In this document: positions 9,401-22,589 of the stretch, in pieces | Layout: the number at the start of each line of letters is the position of its first letter | How positions within the stretch are numbered: the first letter of the stretch is position 1 | Origin: Antedon mediterranea | Taxonomy: Eukaryota; Animalia; Echinodermata | Length of the DNA stretch: 64,000 bases | Assembly (NCBI RefSeq): GCF_964355755.1 | Contig: NC_092679.1 | Coordinates: 3,068,201-3,132,200, forward strand | Direction of reading: 5' to 3' | Made by a program: the position numbers and the translations under genes | The notes under the pieces: generated by a model | Told to the model about the DNA's origin: nothing | The model's database searches: none | The model's input: only the letters and a program-made list of their open reading frames with translations

Positions 9401-11332
9401 TTAAAGGTAGAGTATTGGAACGGGCTTGAAATTTAAAACGAGTACCATTAAAATTTGTTTTATCAAGTAAAAACTTTTCAAGATCCGGCTTTGATTTTAA
9501 CTTTGCATAAGAAGATAGCGACGATTTAGATGCGAGGTCCTCTGACCATTGATTATTTACATTATCTAAAATATTTTGTTTCAGTAAATTAAACCAATTT
9601 TCCATAGTGCGATTTTTAATAACATTGTTAAAAATATGCATGCATTCAAATCTACAGAAAGTGGTTCGTACACAACTAAGGAATTTAAACCGTAATTCTT
9701 TTGTGTTGTAATTAAGCATAGTCTTGTACAATAGGTTGGGCCATCGTTTCTCATTTAACCCGACTAAACGTTCAAAGAATTTTAGTTGTAATATGTTATG
9801 AGATACGGTTAAGGGTATCCATCCTAAATCTCCATATAAGGCCACTTTAGGTGTATACGCTGGTGCTTTTAGAATATATCGTGCCATCTGCATTTGAAGC
9901 CGTTCCAGTCTATCGATATCTAAATTGGACCCTCCAGTCCAAACAGAGCAAGCATAAATAATAGAAGGTAAAAATTTTGTTTTCCATAAGATATTTCCGT
10001 GGGCATCATAATTAATACATTATTTAAATCTAAAGCTGTCTACACTATCAATCTTTATGTGACAAAAAAAGGTCCAAGGACCTTTGCCAACAACTAGTTC
10101 AATCGCTCGTGCTGTCACATATTGATTACGCCAATGCATTGTATTATGGTCTACCTGCTAATACCCTTGCTCCAATGAAGAGGTTACTGCACCAAGCTGC
10201 GAAAATAATTGTCAGGAAAGGTCGGTATGACAGTGCAACTAACGCCATGCGATCCTTGCACTGGCTTCCGATGTCTAATAGATGTCAATTCAAAATAGCG
10301 TATCTTGTATGGCGTTCGCTTAAAGGTTCCGCTCCAAGTTACCTGAGAGATATTCTTACTGTGCGGAATGTTTCTCGTAGTACTCGTTCAAGCACCAGCA
10401 ATTATAACCTGACAATCCCACGAACTAAACGAAAGACATTTGCTGACCGTTCGTTCGCCGTAGCAGGACCCAAAATTTGGAACAGATTACCAAGTCACAT
10501 TAAACACTTAGACGACTATAATCAGTTTAAAAAACATTTAAAAGCACTATATTTCAAACAATGTTACGATACTAATTGATGTGAAGCGCCGCTGATTATA
10601 ATTAAATGTTGTATAAATGTGCGCTATACAAGTAATAATAATAATAATAATAATAATGTGCCCATATATGGACATGATATTTGGGCACACCACACTTTTT
10701 TTCCAAACTAATTTAATAGTGTAGACAGAGCTTTAGAGAGTTGAAACCACTGAGAAGCATACTTTATTTTGTGTTTACAAAAAAATATTAATTAATTGTA
10801 AATTAATTAATTTGTAAAAATATAGAGTAAATTTATGCATAGTGTCTTGTTTTTTTTTTTGTCAAAGGTGTTGAATGTTGAAAATGCACTATGTTCAAAT
10901 ATTGGTTGTTCTATCTACCAGTTTAAACTGACAGCTAAGAATTTTATCGTGGCTCTTCAAACCGTTGCTATTAGTAACCAAAATGGTTACCCCGTCACCA
11001 ACATCGGCCAATCACATCTGTGGATAGTTCCTGATCAACATAAACTAGATTCTGATTGGATCGTTGATAGAGTTTGTAACTGTGGACTGTGTACATTTGA
11101 TAGTTCACAGAAAACTGTGGAATTAAAAAATACCAATATGGAACTGTTTAGTGAAACTAGTGAGGTAAGGGGGGAAATCAAAACTAGTTTTGACACCAAA
11201 ACCATTGTTTTAAAGCTCAACAAAGATGCAGTCATTGATCAATATGATATAAAAATGAATGGGCTGAATATTGCCGTTGAAACTGGCAACCTTATTCTTC
11301 GTATAAATCATGCTTTTTCTATTTCTGAATGA
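6488..11332 (+). CDS. MKKS: McKusick-Kaufman/Bardet-Biedl syndrome 6 chaperonin-like protein (~581 aa)
   Basis: Exons 6488-7475, 8124-8305, 8577-8687, 10868-11332, all phase-consistent; motifs SCYGPNGHLK, FSDGGLF, CQKVIHPSLK, LPGAGCFE, C.CGL. Confidence 0.93.
7542..7832 (-). mobile_element. tRNA-derived SINE
   Basis: Minus-strand head gtgagtgagTGGCCGAGCGGttaag...GGTTCGAGGct has Pol III A and B boxes; second copy at about 30022-30242. Confidence 0.8.
8391..8520. mobile_element. Harbinger/Tourist-like MITE family A
   Basis: Matches family consensus AGCTCTGTCTACACTATCAAACT...AGTTTGATAGTGTAGACAGAGCT. Confidence 0.75.
8740..8862. repeat. Palindromic ~29-bp tandem repeat (CACTTAAGTG core)
   Basis: cacttaagtgagatactaagtattt repeated about 4 times; same motif as the element at 43505-45185. 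Confidence 0.7.
9060..10020 (-). mobile_element. LINE (non-LTR) ORF2 C-terminal fragment
   Basis: ORF 9893-9168 has ALYGDLGW.PL and a C..C....EDI.HFLF.C zinc knuckle typical of LINE ORF2 C-termini. Confidence 0.85.
10071..10657 (+). mobile_element. 5'-truncated L2/CR1-group LINE with (TAA)n tail, inserted in a family-A MITE (10034-10732)
   Basis: LSHIDYANALYYGLP...LHWLP...R.F..AGPKIWN.LP...FKK.LK; (taa)n tail at 10633-10657; MITE halves on both sides. Confidence 0.9.
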
Positions 11333-11455
11333 AAATGTGATCATAGTTGGCAAAGAAAGGAATTGTGTTATGTTTCACAATCTATGAGAACAAAAAAAGT
11401 CATCCCGATAATTACACATGGTTTCAAGAGTACATTAAAATATCCAGCAATTTAA

Positions 11456-11955
11456 AGATGTATTGTCCCTTTGATTCCCAAAAAATATAAAAAAAGATTT
11501 CAAAAAGTCATTTTGAAGTATCATAATAGTTATTAACTTTCCCCAAAAATTTGTAGAAAAAAAAATCATTTGACTGAAATACAGACTTTGACTTCCAGTG
11601 ACATTTTTTGGTCAAAACATATCTCATAATGCAACGCGCTTGTTTGGCTACTCTGTATGCATAATCATAAACTTCCTGTGTGAAAACACCTTCTCAACCG
11701 TGACGAGTTGTAAACAATCCTAAGGGCATCATGCTTAATGCATACTCGTACTTTGAAATCTTTGTTTACTTTCGCCGCGACGATTTTCCAGACGAAATGT
11801 AATCAAACTAATTTACCTGTTAATTACATAAACTTGTTGTTTTTGGCTCGAAATTTCGACTTAAAGTGAATAACTTTAATATTACTTTGATATGGCCAAT
11901 TTAAATTTAGAATATTTTGACCTTCATTTTTTGTGTTTCAAGGGACAATACATCT
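11456..11955. mobile_element. Kolobok-type MITE (family C)
   Basis: TTAA|AGATGTATTGTCCCT ... AGGGACAATACATCT|TTAA; partial copies at about 52277 and 63922. Confidence 0.8.
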
Positions 11956-13483
11956 TTAAACACAGTCAGGTTTGTTTCGTGTATGATGTCGCTCATAATG
12001 GTATCAATACATATTAAAAAGCTAGAATATAATTATACTGAAATGAAAAATAGATTGATAAAGAATTAAAATGTTATTAAAATAAAATGACTGTCTTTCA
12101 TTTATAAATTTGTCTGTTGAAAAGGAAATACAGAGAGGTAGTTGTGAGAAGGTATATGGTTGGATCCAGGAATTTCAAATAAGGTGAGGTGGGGGTGTAT
12201 AAAAACCGGAAAGATGTATAAATACTTAAGTACTGAGAACGAGCTTTCGACTCGATAGACGCGTTTCGAATTCGGCATAGATCATCTATTGGTAGAAACT
12301 AGTGTATCACAACAGCGATTGTTGTTTTAACAGCATAACTATACAGTATTTACTTTATACTAATTATGCAGGTCGATATTTATATATATATTCATTGTTT
12401 TGTTGTTTTGGCCTTTGCTTTTGAACTGCTTTGTGAATATTTTAAATCTAATTAGGCCTATACCTGCATACATTCGTATACTTGATGGTAGTTTTATAAG
12501 TATAAGTAGATTATTGCTTTTAAATTAGGTATTATAAATGAATATTGCTTTGCTGTGTGCATAGAAAGATTATACAGCCGCTAACTACCACGAATAGGGC
12601 TATACCATCGCTCTACCGAGAGCAGCATTTGCAGAGAAATTAACAATTATAGATGGGACGTTTTTTTGTTTTGTGATCACGTAAGTATTATTTCATTTTA
12701 AAGTTACCACAATTAATATGTATCTTCTACTGTTTGTTGACATTATTTTGTTTAAAAAGAGAAATTGAATCTTCTATTTTTATATAATATTTCTAGATTG
12801 ATAAATGTTGTAAATTTGAAAATCCAAATTACGGGACAACAAATAGATTTACCAACAACAATATTATACAATCGATTGTCCCACAGTTGTTATAATGTTA
12901 TTGGTTATTGACAATTATTAGTTTTCATGTTAATAAACCCTTATGTTCATAGGCCTTTATTCGGCATCAAGCACATCTTGCCAGGAGCAAGCAATTGTGT
13001 ATTTAATTTCAACGTACTGTTGCTCCACCACTCATTCTAAAAAAACGTAAGTACGATCCAAGCAGCTCTCAGATCTTGTTTCATTACACTGGCTGCCGGT
13101 TAAACAACGCATAGAATTCAAGATCCTCTGGTAGATATATTATTCAGAGAAGAGAGAAATTACGAAATTGTAATTTCACTCACTATGCGGGTAGATATTA
13201 TCACCTGGTTTTAATAATGCTCAATAAATAAAATCTTGAATATGTTAAAACATTGTTATGCATATCTAGATATATGGATCTCATTTTTGTTCACAAAACT
13301 AACATTCTTTTTTCTTCTTCATCCCACCCCGCCGCACCCCTTTACTTTGTATTTAAGCCAGGACCACAATGCAAAAACTTATTTTGTTTTACCTGATTGT
13401 GTAATCCTGTATAGGCCTAAAGATGTTAAATACATTTTAACAAATAAATCTTATTTTCTGTATAGCTTTCGGCATCATATACA

Positions 13484-16023
13484 ATGACTTCCTTACTCAA
13501 TTGGTGGATCATCTTCCACGTGATATTGTGGACTCGTGTAAAAAGCTATACTAATAAACCTAACATCATAGTCTTCCTGGCTGATGACATGGGCTATGCT
13601 GATCTGCAGAGTTTTGGAAACCCGTTATCGCGTACGCCACACGTAGACGCTCTCGAAGCAGGAGGCCTAAAGCTGACACAGATGTACAGTGCCTCAGCAA
13701 TCTGCAGCCCCGCAAGGTTAGAGAAGTTATAATTATAGAGAATATTCCGTGAATACAATATAACGAGTATACAATAATATTTAGTAGTAGTAGGCCTAAT
13801 AGGCCAAGGGTTAGACCTACGTAGCCACGTAACTTAAGGTACGCAATAGCAATCCAGTATTAACTACAATAGGCCTAAAGCCATGGTTCCCACACTAGCG
13901 ACGCAACCTACGCAACGTAAGAAAATGCCCTTCAAATAATGTTTTTCCCCGCCTGCGTGAAATCAAACCTGCGATGTTTGCAGCACTCATTGCGTCATCG
14001 GTTCCCACTTGTGATTACGCAATACAACACTTTGCGTCGATACGTCGCTGCGTTGCGTTCTAGTGGGAACCAAGCTTAAGGACCAATCTTGATGAAGTTT
14101 GGTGCGGATCTCCGTGGGTGTGTCACAGGGAGGTGTCAAAGTAGTATAACATATCCATTACGTGTTGATTTTTTTTTTCAGGGCAGCGTTACTAACGGGG
14201 CGCTATCCTGTTCGTAGTGGAGTCTGGACTCCAGACGACGGGCAACTCGTGTTTGCACCCAAGTCCGTGTATGGTCTTCCTCTTAACGAAACGCTTATTC
14301 CAGAAATGCTAGCCCAACAGGGTTACAAATCAGCTATTGTCGGCAAATGGCACCTTGGTGTTGGGCTTAATAAGAAATACCTGCCTACAAACCAAGGCTT
14401 CCACCATTATTTTGGAATGCCATACAGTCATGAGGGATGCGTATGTGCTGCATGTTTTTATCCAGACGTAGAATGTGTGAACCCTAACGTGTATAATAAT
14501 TCTAATGCTGTGACTTGTCCATTGTTATTAGAAGAAGATATTATTGAGCAGCCGATTAATTTGACATCTTTAGCTGAACGACAGACTAGAGCCGCTAGAA
14601 GCTGGATACGGGAATTCGTCTGCGAAGGAAGCCCTTTCTTTATGTACTATTCCACTCACCATCCACATACCCCGCAGTTTGCTAACAGACACAATGAGGA
14701 CGCAACACTGGGCGGACAATACACCGATGCACTGGCAGAGCTGGATTGGGAACTAGGAGAAATAATGGACGAGTTAAGAATAAACAACATAATAGAAAAT
14801 ACGTTAATATTATTCACATCTGATAATGGGTACGTTAATAAAATAATGATATGCCTATAATGAATAAGAAGATACAATTAAAAAAGATGATTCTCAGTTG
14901 AGGTGCAACGCAAGGACGTAGACGATGCAAGCGAGTTGACCAATGACAAGCGACAGTTCGAATAACAAATCGCTTGTGATTGATCGAATTACTTACGTTA
15001 CGTCCTTGTGTTGCGTCTGTAGTGTGAAACAAGCATGAAAATGCGCTTACGTCCTTGTGTTGCATTCCTATAGTGGGAACCAAGATTTATGCTGCATAAA
15101 GTGCTCATAAAATTAAAATGTTCTTAAAATTTCCTTTGCAATTGTGTAGACCTGATAGAGGAAGCCATACACTCGGTGGATTTTCTGGAGCAATGCGATG
15201 TGGAAAGTATACTACTTTTGACGGCGGGTCGCGAGTACCGACCATTGCGCACTGGCCTGGTCACATCCAACCGGGTGTGTCTAGAGAATTGCTGAGTCAT
15301 CTAGATATATGGCCGACTCTTAGGCGGTTAAGTGGTTCTTCTGCTGAAGATTTTGATGTCATCCTGGATGGGTATGATGTCACAGACGTCTTATTAAATG
15401 GAAAAGAGGTTAGTTCCATGGTTATTTACAGTTGGTTAGAGATTACTCGCATATTTATTTCTGATGAAAAATATTAACAGTTATCAGTTATATAAGGAGG
15501 CATACTGATAAGAAATGTAAGGTGTTTAGTGACGCATATTTTCTTTCAGAGTCCACGAAAGTCGATCTTGTATTACAATGTTGTAACAGACCCAGAAATA
15601 GGAGCATACGCAGTGAGGAACACTCAGTACAAAGCACATTTCTTTGTGGAAAAAGTTGTGTACACAGATGCACTGGATAACGATGAGATGTGTAGATCCG
15701 ATAATTTCACTGTTGATGCATTTTCACCGCCAGCTTTGTACGATTTGTTACTGGATCCCGAGGAACGGTTTGATATCAGCGGTAACTCTGAGGACATAGT
15801 GCAACTTATGACTAAACTGATGGAGGAAGAGTCTCGTAGAGTGACATTTGGGACAAGTGTTATTGGACCGTCGAATGTAACTTTAAAACTGTGTTGCAAT
15901 GAGGAATGTGAAGAACCCACTGTTGATTGTTGTGACTGTCCTTCTTTATACAATGACGATCTTTTACCATTACCATCTTTACCATACGCAGACTGCACAA
16001 CACAAAATCATTTCACAAGATAA
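13484..16023 (+). CDS. ARSA: Arylsulfatase A-like sulfatase (~537 aa, signal peptide)
   Basis: Exons 13484-13716, 14182-14829, 15150-15408, 15550-16023; motifs PNIIVFLADDMGY.D, CSPAR|AALLTGR, GKWHLG, FTSDNG. Confidence 0.85.
13879..14077. mobile_element. Harbinger-like MITE family B
   Basis: TIR (agc)TTGGTTCCCAC...GTGGGAACCAAGCT with acgcaacg motifs; other copies at about 14890-15086, 30694-30852 and 35025-35208. Confidence 0.7.
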
Positions 16024-16271
16024 TGAAACAGTATTTTAGTAGTAAGATTATAGAAATATATATAGCGCGCCACTATCCCACAAGATGTGGAAATAGACGC
16101 AACCTTTTTTGACACGCTTCTCCGATAAATCGATTATATCAACTTCAGAGAGAGCGCGAACTTCACTCCGCGTCTTATGGTGCCAGTCTCCTTAAACGCG
16201 GTAACTTAACAATGCGCGTGCCTCGCCATGGAAACCTGTCTGGTTCATAATAACAATTCATTTTAGACACG

Positions 16272-17923
16272 ATGTCTGACAACAAAGCAAGTGCCTATTG
16301 TAATTCAGTAAATAGAAATCATTTTGGAATTTATAGCCGCGATTTTGGAACTTTTGACATCACAGTCTGTCCTGGGTATGATAATTCTGAAATAGTTTTA
16401 GTAATCATGGACAATAAGTACATAATAAATGGCGTCCCAGTAGACCTTGACAGGTCTGGAGTACTGTTGACGAATGGTTCTGAAAGAAATCCTCGACTTC
16501 AGTCATTTTATACTTCTGCCATGCAAGCAAGAAAAAACAGATCAAAGAAGGATGACTTTATTGAAGAAAGGTATACAACGATTGTCGTATAATAGGGACA
16601 CATTAATACATTACTTATTATTCTGAATGAATTGTTGAATGTCATGTTTTGTTCTTATACTTTATTTCCTGTAGAAACTCAAAAGCACAATTGTTAGTTT
16701 CAACTAAAAGCTTGTTTCGAAAAATGAAATATTTACTCAAACAATCTCATAAGCTGGCAAACAGTCAACATCTTTATCTGGATGACGTCAGAGTTCTAGA
16801 TGATCTGGTTAAAAACGTCGTGAGAAGCATGTGTGTTAAAATGAAGTCTAGTCAGCATATTCTGATGATGAATGGAGAACTATCTGAACAGAGAGAAATA
16901 TTGATGAAAACATTGAAGATATTCTGTGAGGAGTCGATTCGTTCCAGTGAAATAAGTAAAGGACTGACGAATCGGTTGCAAAACTCTGTTGAGAAGGCTA
17001 TTGAAGAAAATCGACAAAAAGACGGTCTCGAAAGTCATGTATTCCATAAAGAAGAAAATGACCTAGAATTGTTTAAAAATCTTAAATCAGAAGTTAGTAA
17101 TTTAAGAGAAGATTTAGAAAAAATTAGTAAATCACAAACTTTAAATAGCACAGCACCGTCTTTATGGCAAACAATATGTAACTCTTGGAAACGGGATAAG
17201 ATTAAACGAAGTGATATGAATACCTCCACGATGCCTTCAACAGAAATAAGTGATATCACCAAAAGGCTTGTAAAACATGGTGCATCAACCCCTGACGAAG
17301 TCAATTTGATGAATCTCATTGATGTCAGTGTTCAAGAGGAAATAACAGAGTTAAAGAAAAAGAATTTAGAATCTGAGGAATTTGTACATGAATTACTGGA
17401 TGAAATTGGGAAACAAGAACAAATAATTCAGGTTAAAGATGTGGAATTAAATGAAGCTAGAGAACACATTGATGTTCTTTTAAAAAGGTCAAAAAATGAC
17501 CTTGCGACAAATGGAGAGTTGAGTCAACAGAAACGTCACGACCAAGATTGCTGTAAACTCCAAGAAGATAAGTCAATGATGAGTTTAGAATTGGAGAGAC
17601 TTCGACAAACAAATCGTCGTCTGCTTAACGAAGTATGTTGTCTACGTCATAGCAACAGAGAGTTGGAACAACTTATCGAAAAAGGACAGGATCAACGTCT
17701 TACAACAGAAACGCACAATGAACACGTGAGAGGCACGCAGTTACATGGTTTTTACGGCTCTGGACACTTCACGCCTGGATTGTACTTGCGAAACCAAATA
17801 ACAAATGCCTCTAGTCCTGCTCTTGTCACAACAGGTCGTCACGTGATTCCATCTTCACAATTTAGCCAGTCAATGTTTGATGACGTCACATGTCTATCAT
17901 CAAACAATGACGAAGCAAAATGA
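16272..17923 (+). CDS. Uncharacterised coiled-coil protein (~515 aa, 2 exons)
   Basis: Exons 16272-16570 and 16675-17923 join in phase 2 (aag|gtatac...tgtag|a); heptad-rich EQL/K segments; AATAAA at about 17940. Confidence 0.7.
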
Positions 17924-18069
17924 ATACCGTATACTTCTAAATAAAAGAAATGTTCGAAAAACATTATTATCATTGTTAATTTGTTTCTTCTTTCTTTGTA
18001 TTCCTTATGATTTCCGCACATTATCTACCCTCACGTAGTCGTGAGGTGTAGACCTACGTTTTATCTTGA

Positions 18070-18233
18070 CGCTCTGTGTACACTATCAGCCTAGTTTGAC
18101 AAAAAGAAAGTGTGATTTGCACAAAATATGGTAGTGATATATGCTCAAATATGGTAGTGATATGACATTATCATGTCCATATGGGCACATCACATTTTTT
18201 GTCACATAAAGTTTTGATAGTGTAGACAGAGCG
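18070..18233. mobile_element. MITE family A
   Basis: Family TIRs and the internal 21-bp unit. Confidence 0.75.
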
Positions 18234-19141
18234 TTAAACTCTTTTTTCGCGTATTCAACATTCATTCATTTAGGCTAAAGGGAATTTCACTGCACGATCT
18301 TTATTGACCTGAAATGATTAGAATTTAAATATCATTTAACATATGAAGAAGACTTAAAAATAGGTCATTTCGCAGTTTTCATAAAGTTCCGTAACAAACC
18401 CAACACAATTTTAAAAAAAATAACTTACAGTTAATTTGACTATTTTTGCTTTAAATTACAGTTTTTTCAGGTAAATACATTTTTTTCCTATCTAATTTTT
18501 GGTCAAAGTGAATAAATATTATGTGACATTAAACACGTAACATTAAGATCAGGTTTAGATATTCAGTTAAGTATGATTGGTGCTTTTACCACGAGTTAAT
18601 AAGTATAAATACATATTACACCGTGCACATGACTTTTATTGACGAACATCTATTATTTACTTTGCAAATGTACGTGTAGGACTGTTAGTGTTAGTTAGTA
18701 TACATAATTATGTTAATCAACGAATTAAAAGCTTTGCATGAAGTGAAAATCAAATGAAAATTAACATACAATTGTATGGGTTAATATTTTATTAAATATC
18801 AATATTTTTAGGCCAACATTTAATATTGTGCAAAACCGACGTGTATTCGGTCACGTAGGCATTTGTTTGTTTGTTTGTTATGGTCTAATGTGTCTATAAT
18901 GCATACTAAGTCTTATTTTTAATGCAAATAATTTTAACTAAAAAACAAATGTATTAAAAGAATTGATTTGTTTTATTTTGGAAGCGATAAAACCTAACTT
19001 TACTCAAAATGATATTTTGATATACAAAATACCATACATTGATCCACCACACATTCGGAAGTACCAGTATCTAGATAAAATAACTTGAGTTAGCGTAATG
19101 AGATAAACTTTTTGCTACCAAAAATCAAAACTTGGCCTTGT

Positions 19142-19364
19142 AAGTGTCTACACTATCAAACTTTATGTGACAAAAAAATGTTCTCATATATGGACATGAT
19201 GATGTCATATCACTTATCACTACCCTATTTGGGAACATCACTACCATATTTGGGCATATCACTACCCTATTTGGGAACATCACTACCATATTTGGGCATA
19301 TCACTACCCTATTTGGGAACATCACACTTTTTTTGTGAAACTAGTTTGACAGGTAGACTGAGCT
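19142..19364. mobile_element. MITE family A with expanded 21-bp internal minisatellite
   Basis: (atcactaccatatttgggcat)n; explains the SLPYLG(I/T) ORFs. Confidence 0.8.
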
Positions 19365-20172
19365 TTTATAGTGTTTCATCAGTATAGCAGTTTATTTTGT
19401 TATTCAAACATTATTGAAGCATTTATCACATTAAACGTGGCATGTTTGCTAAGTTAGTTACTATTTTACTAATAAGTAGATGCAATTTAAATAATGATAT
19501 AATGACATTCGTACAAAGTCTACGGGCGTGGTAACGAACGGTATTAATCAACTTCACAGTCGAAATAAGAAACTACTAAAATGCTAACATTACGGTAAAT
19601 ACACTTAATTTGTGTTGCTTGGAAGAATACGATATGAATACGTCATCATTACGTTGCCAAAATAATATAAAATAAGGAATAAAGTACTTAATTAAGTAAT
19701 TAATACAAAACTTTTTAAAACATTGTAAATGAAAATGAAAAATAGATGGGGAACATAATATATGGAAATAAAAGTGGGATAAACCCACATTAGATTAAAA
19801 AAATATTTACGTTGCCACAACTAATAAAATAAAGAAAATCCAATCAACACACGCAATCTCATTCAATATGTAATAATCGAATATCAAATTATTAGTGGGT
19901 CGCCTAACTAACTATGTCCTTCTTTTCTATTCTTATTGTTTATTTAAACACATTACTTAATGTTAATCATTAATCTCTCTTCTTTGTCGTTTTTGATGTT
20001 TCTTTTTTTTTTGCTTTGAACATTTAGCCTGAATGTTTTTTCTTCTTGAATCAATTAGCACATTGCTTTAAAACAAGTTCCCCTCATGTTCTCCTATAAA
20101 TAATGTCTTCAATCTGCGATCGTTTGTGACTCGTTTTGTTAATATTGATAAAGTGACGTCATGTCCCTGTTT

Positions 20173-21078
20173 CTATTCTTCTTCACTTCTTGATACGTCA
20201 TCTCTGTAATCTTGCAGTTCGTCGTCATCATTGAACCTAACTTTGGTTTGTACAGTAGTGAGGCTGTGTTCTTCTTCTTCGTTGTGCAAGCCAGAGTAAG
20301 GGAACGAGTATGACATTCCGGAAAAGCGCAGTGTAATCTTCATAGCAATTATCTGTACGATGATGACGATAATTGCTAGCATACAATGCCAAGCAAATAT
20401 CATTGAGAAGAATTTCACATTCAGGTGGTCATCTTCATCCCACGAATAATCGCTAAGAGGATGATAGAGGGTGCAGCCAATCTGCAACATCCAAGATCCC
20501 TGGATAAAAGTAGCCCATATACGTAACCATGGTAACACATCATCTTTCGGCAGCCAAATTTCTCCTAACGTAAACAGCAAACAGAGGAACACCATTATTA
20601 CCTGTATAACATGCATTCGTATGTTCAGTGCTGATCGACCGTGTAGATGGAAAGAAAACAGCGTGCATTCGATGAAAAAAGCAAACGCTAGAAAAACGTT
20701 AGCCCACCTTTCTTGACCTTTAAACCAGGTTCCGACGGCAATTTTTGCCGCTCCGTACATCGCAAAGCCGGCCCACATAGTACAATGCTGCCAAATGCTT
20801 GAGTATATAAACACACCGTCTTTGTTGAACAGTCTCCACCTCCATGTTTTGTAAACTTGTTCGCCTATAAGCCCACTAAGCGCTAAGACCAGCACGAGAA
20901 TCCCTTCAACCGGCAGTCGTCGAAGAAGGAGATGTAGTTTAGAATATCTGTTATTACCTTTTCGTCCACCACCACCAATTCTTGGGTAAGTTGAATTGAA
21001 AACTCTTTGTAAATTCCACCATACCGACAACGCCATGAACATAATACCAGAAGCGGCATGCCCAAAAAATCCACCCAT
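20173..21078 (-). CDS. TMEM45: TMEM45B-like (DUF716) membrane protein, intronless CDS
   Basis: MGGFFGHAASG..F...WW, EG, WQHCTM, F.FHLHGR..L...H, QGSW..QIG..LY.P, F.WH. Confidence 0.88.
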   Translation of the reverse strand: MGGFFGHAASGIMFMALSVWWNLQRVFNSTYPRIGGGGRKGNNRYSKLHLLLRRLPVEGILVLVLALSGLIGEQVYKTWRWRLFNKDGVFIYSSIWQHCTMWAGFAMYGAAKIAVGTWFKGQERWANVFLAFAFFIECTLFSFHLHGRSALNIRMHVIQVIMVFLCLLFTLGEIWLPKDDVLPWLRIWATFIQGSWMLQIGCTLYHPLSDYSWDEDDHLNVKFFSMIFAWHCMLAIIVIIVQIIAMKITLRFSGMSYSFPYSGLHNEEEEHSLTTVQTKVRFNDDDELQDYRDDVSRSEEE

Positions 21079-21717
21079 TATGACGTCTACAAACAAGCAA
21101 GTAAATTAGTGTATAGTGTATTCATATTATCAAATGGTATTTTTTTAGGCCTATACTTGTGACGTATGTGCGTTGTTGATCACGTTTGAAATGCAAATGC
21201 AAGGTCAGCTAGCTAAGAATCTATTTGTATTATCATGGATTAATCCATGGTATTATCCAAAGATCGCATTTGGTACTTAACACTCGATGAGTAACTTTTG
21301 ACCCAATTGAAACGGATCAATACAGTGGCTAAGAAGACAATGCCCATTGTATGACTTTTTAACTATGGTACTAAACGGTATTCTGTCTTGCTGTCTTTAA
21401 AGCCATTTTTTAACCATCATTTTAGACATTTGCATTGTTTTAGATTGTTTATAAGATTGTTTCTTCTTTTTAAATTTGAGTCTCAAGTTTTAACTTTCTG
21501 TATTGTAACATTGTTATATGTAATCATGTATGGAATGTTGATTTTGACCGAATAAATGCATGAATAGCTTAAACGGTTTTTCTCGAATATAATATAATAT
21601 CATAATAATAATATTATTAGTATTAAATTATAAGCCTGTCAAAAATAGATATGGTTGTATAATGAATGGCAATGAAGCTCTTCTGCCCACCCCGTGTCCA
21701 CACAACGTAAGCGCAAC

Positions 21718-21902
21718 CAGAGGCGGAACCCAGAGGCCTGAGGCAACTGATTTAGTAACCGTAAGTGGCCCTCTGATTAAGCTGGAGGCCTCGGGCGTTT
21801 TAGCCTTTTTTTCCCGACATTATTTCAATGCTTGTTTTTTCCCCATAAGCTCCGGGGCCCCCTGGGGTTAGCTAGTTAGCGCCCATAGCGGTTACGCCAC
21901 TA
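21718..21902. mobile_element. Degenerate hAT-like MITE
   Basis: cagaggcggaaccc ... ggttacgccacta termini. Confidence 0.4.
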
Positions 21903-22404
21903 AGCGCAACGCAAGTGAGTTGATCAATGACAACTTCGACAGATAATTATGACCACAGCCGCGTAGTGATTGGTCAACTGCTTTAGCTTGGTTCTAACTT
22001 GGACGGAACGCAGCGCAAAGACCGAAGCTACCGTGCCAAGTAATTTGACCAATCACGACGCAATTTATCTGATTACTCCGACATTTCAATCCAGTGTGTA
22101 CCTATTTATTAATTTCAGTACTTTTTAAGAAAATTGTGTTTAGGATGGTCGATTTTCCTCAATCCAAATTGTAATTTGTAATCTCTAAGTGTGGTTAATG
22201 GTTCTTTCAGTAAACATATAGGCCTACCTTATCTTGCGGTTGAATTAGTGTATATTATTTTGTTTGGTTAGTAAATTTAAGATGTGTGTTTATTTGGTGA
22301 GCGTGTTCTTGTGTGTGCTTTATTTTGTAAATTATTTTGTGTACTTGGAAATCTTTGAAATTCACACGATGGGATAAAATTGAATGGACGCCGCGACGTC
22401 TTAA

Positions 22405-22589
22405 TGGCCAATTTACACAGACGAGCGGTAACGGTAATAAAAATATAGAATATATCTATGTTAATCCTTATGAACATTTACACACAACGCGGAATGGACG
22501 GCGGTTTCCGCTCAGTGGAGATTCTACGTGGGACTGACAAGCTACGCGGTTTTCCGCTTACCGTTACCGCTTGTCTGTGTAAATTGGCC
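22405..22589. mobile_element. Harbinger-like MITE family D
   Basis: TIR ggccaatttacacagacgagcggtaacggtaa / ttaccgttaccgcttgtctgtgtaaattggcc; partial copy at about 54577-54672. Confidence 0.75.

Noticed and set aside
12233-12290. Possible third hammerhead (minus strand ...gatgat...cgaaacgcgtc)
   Set aside because: CUGA box is absent and stem II is unconvincing; at most a decayed remnant
19112-19387. SLPYLG / HIWAY / PNMVV repeat ORFs (also at 34165, 38546, 38607, 45790, 55040)
   Set aside because: Artefacts of the 21-bp internal repeat of MITE family A
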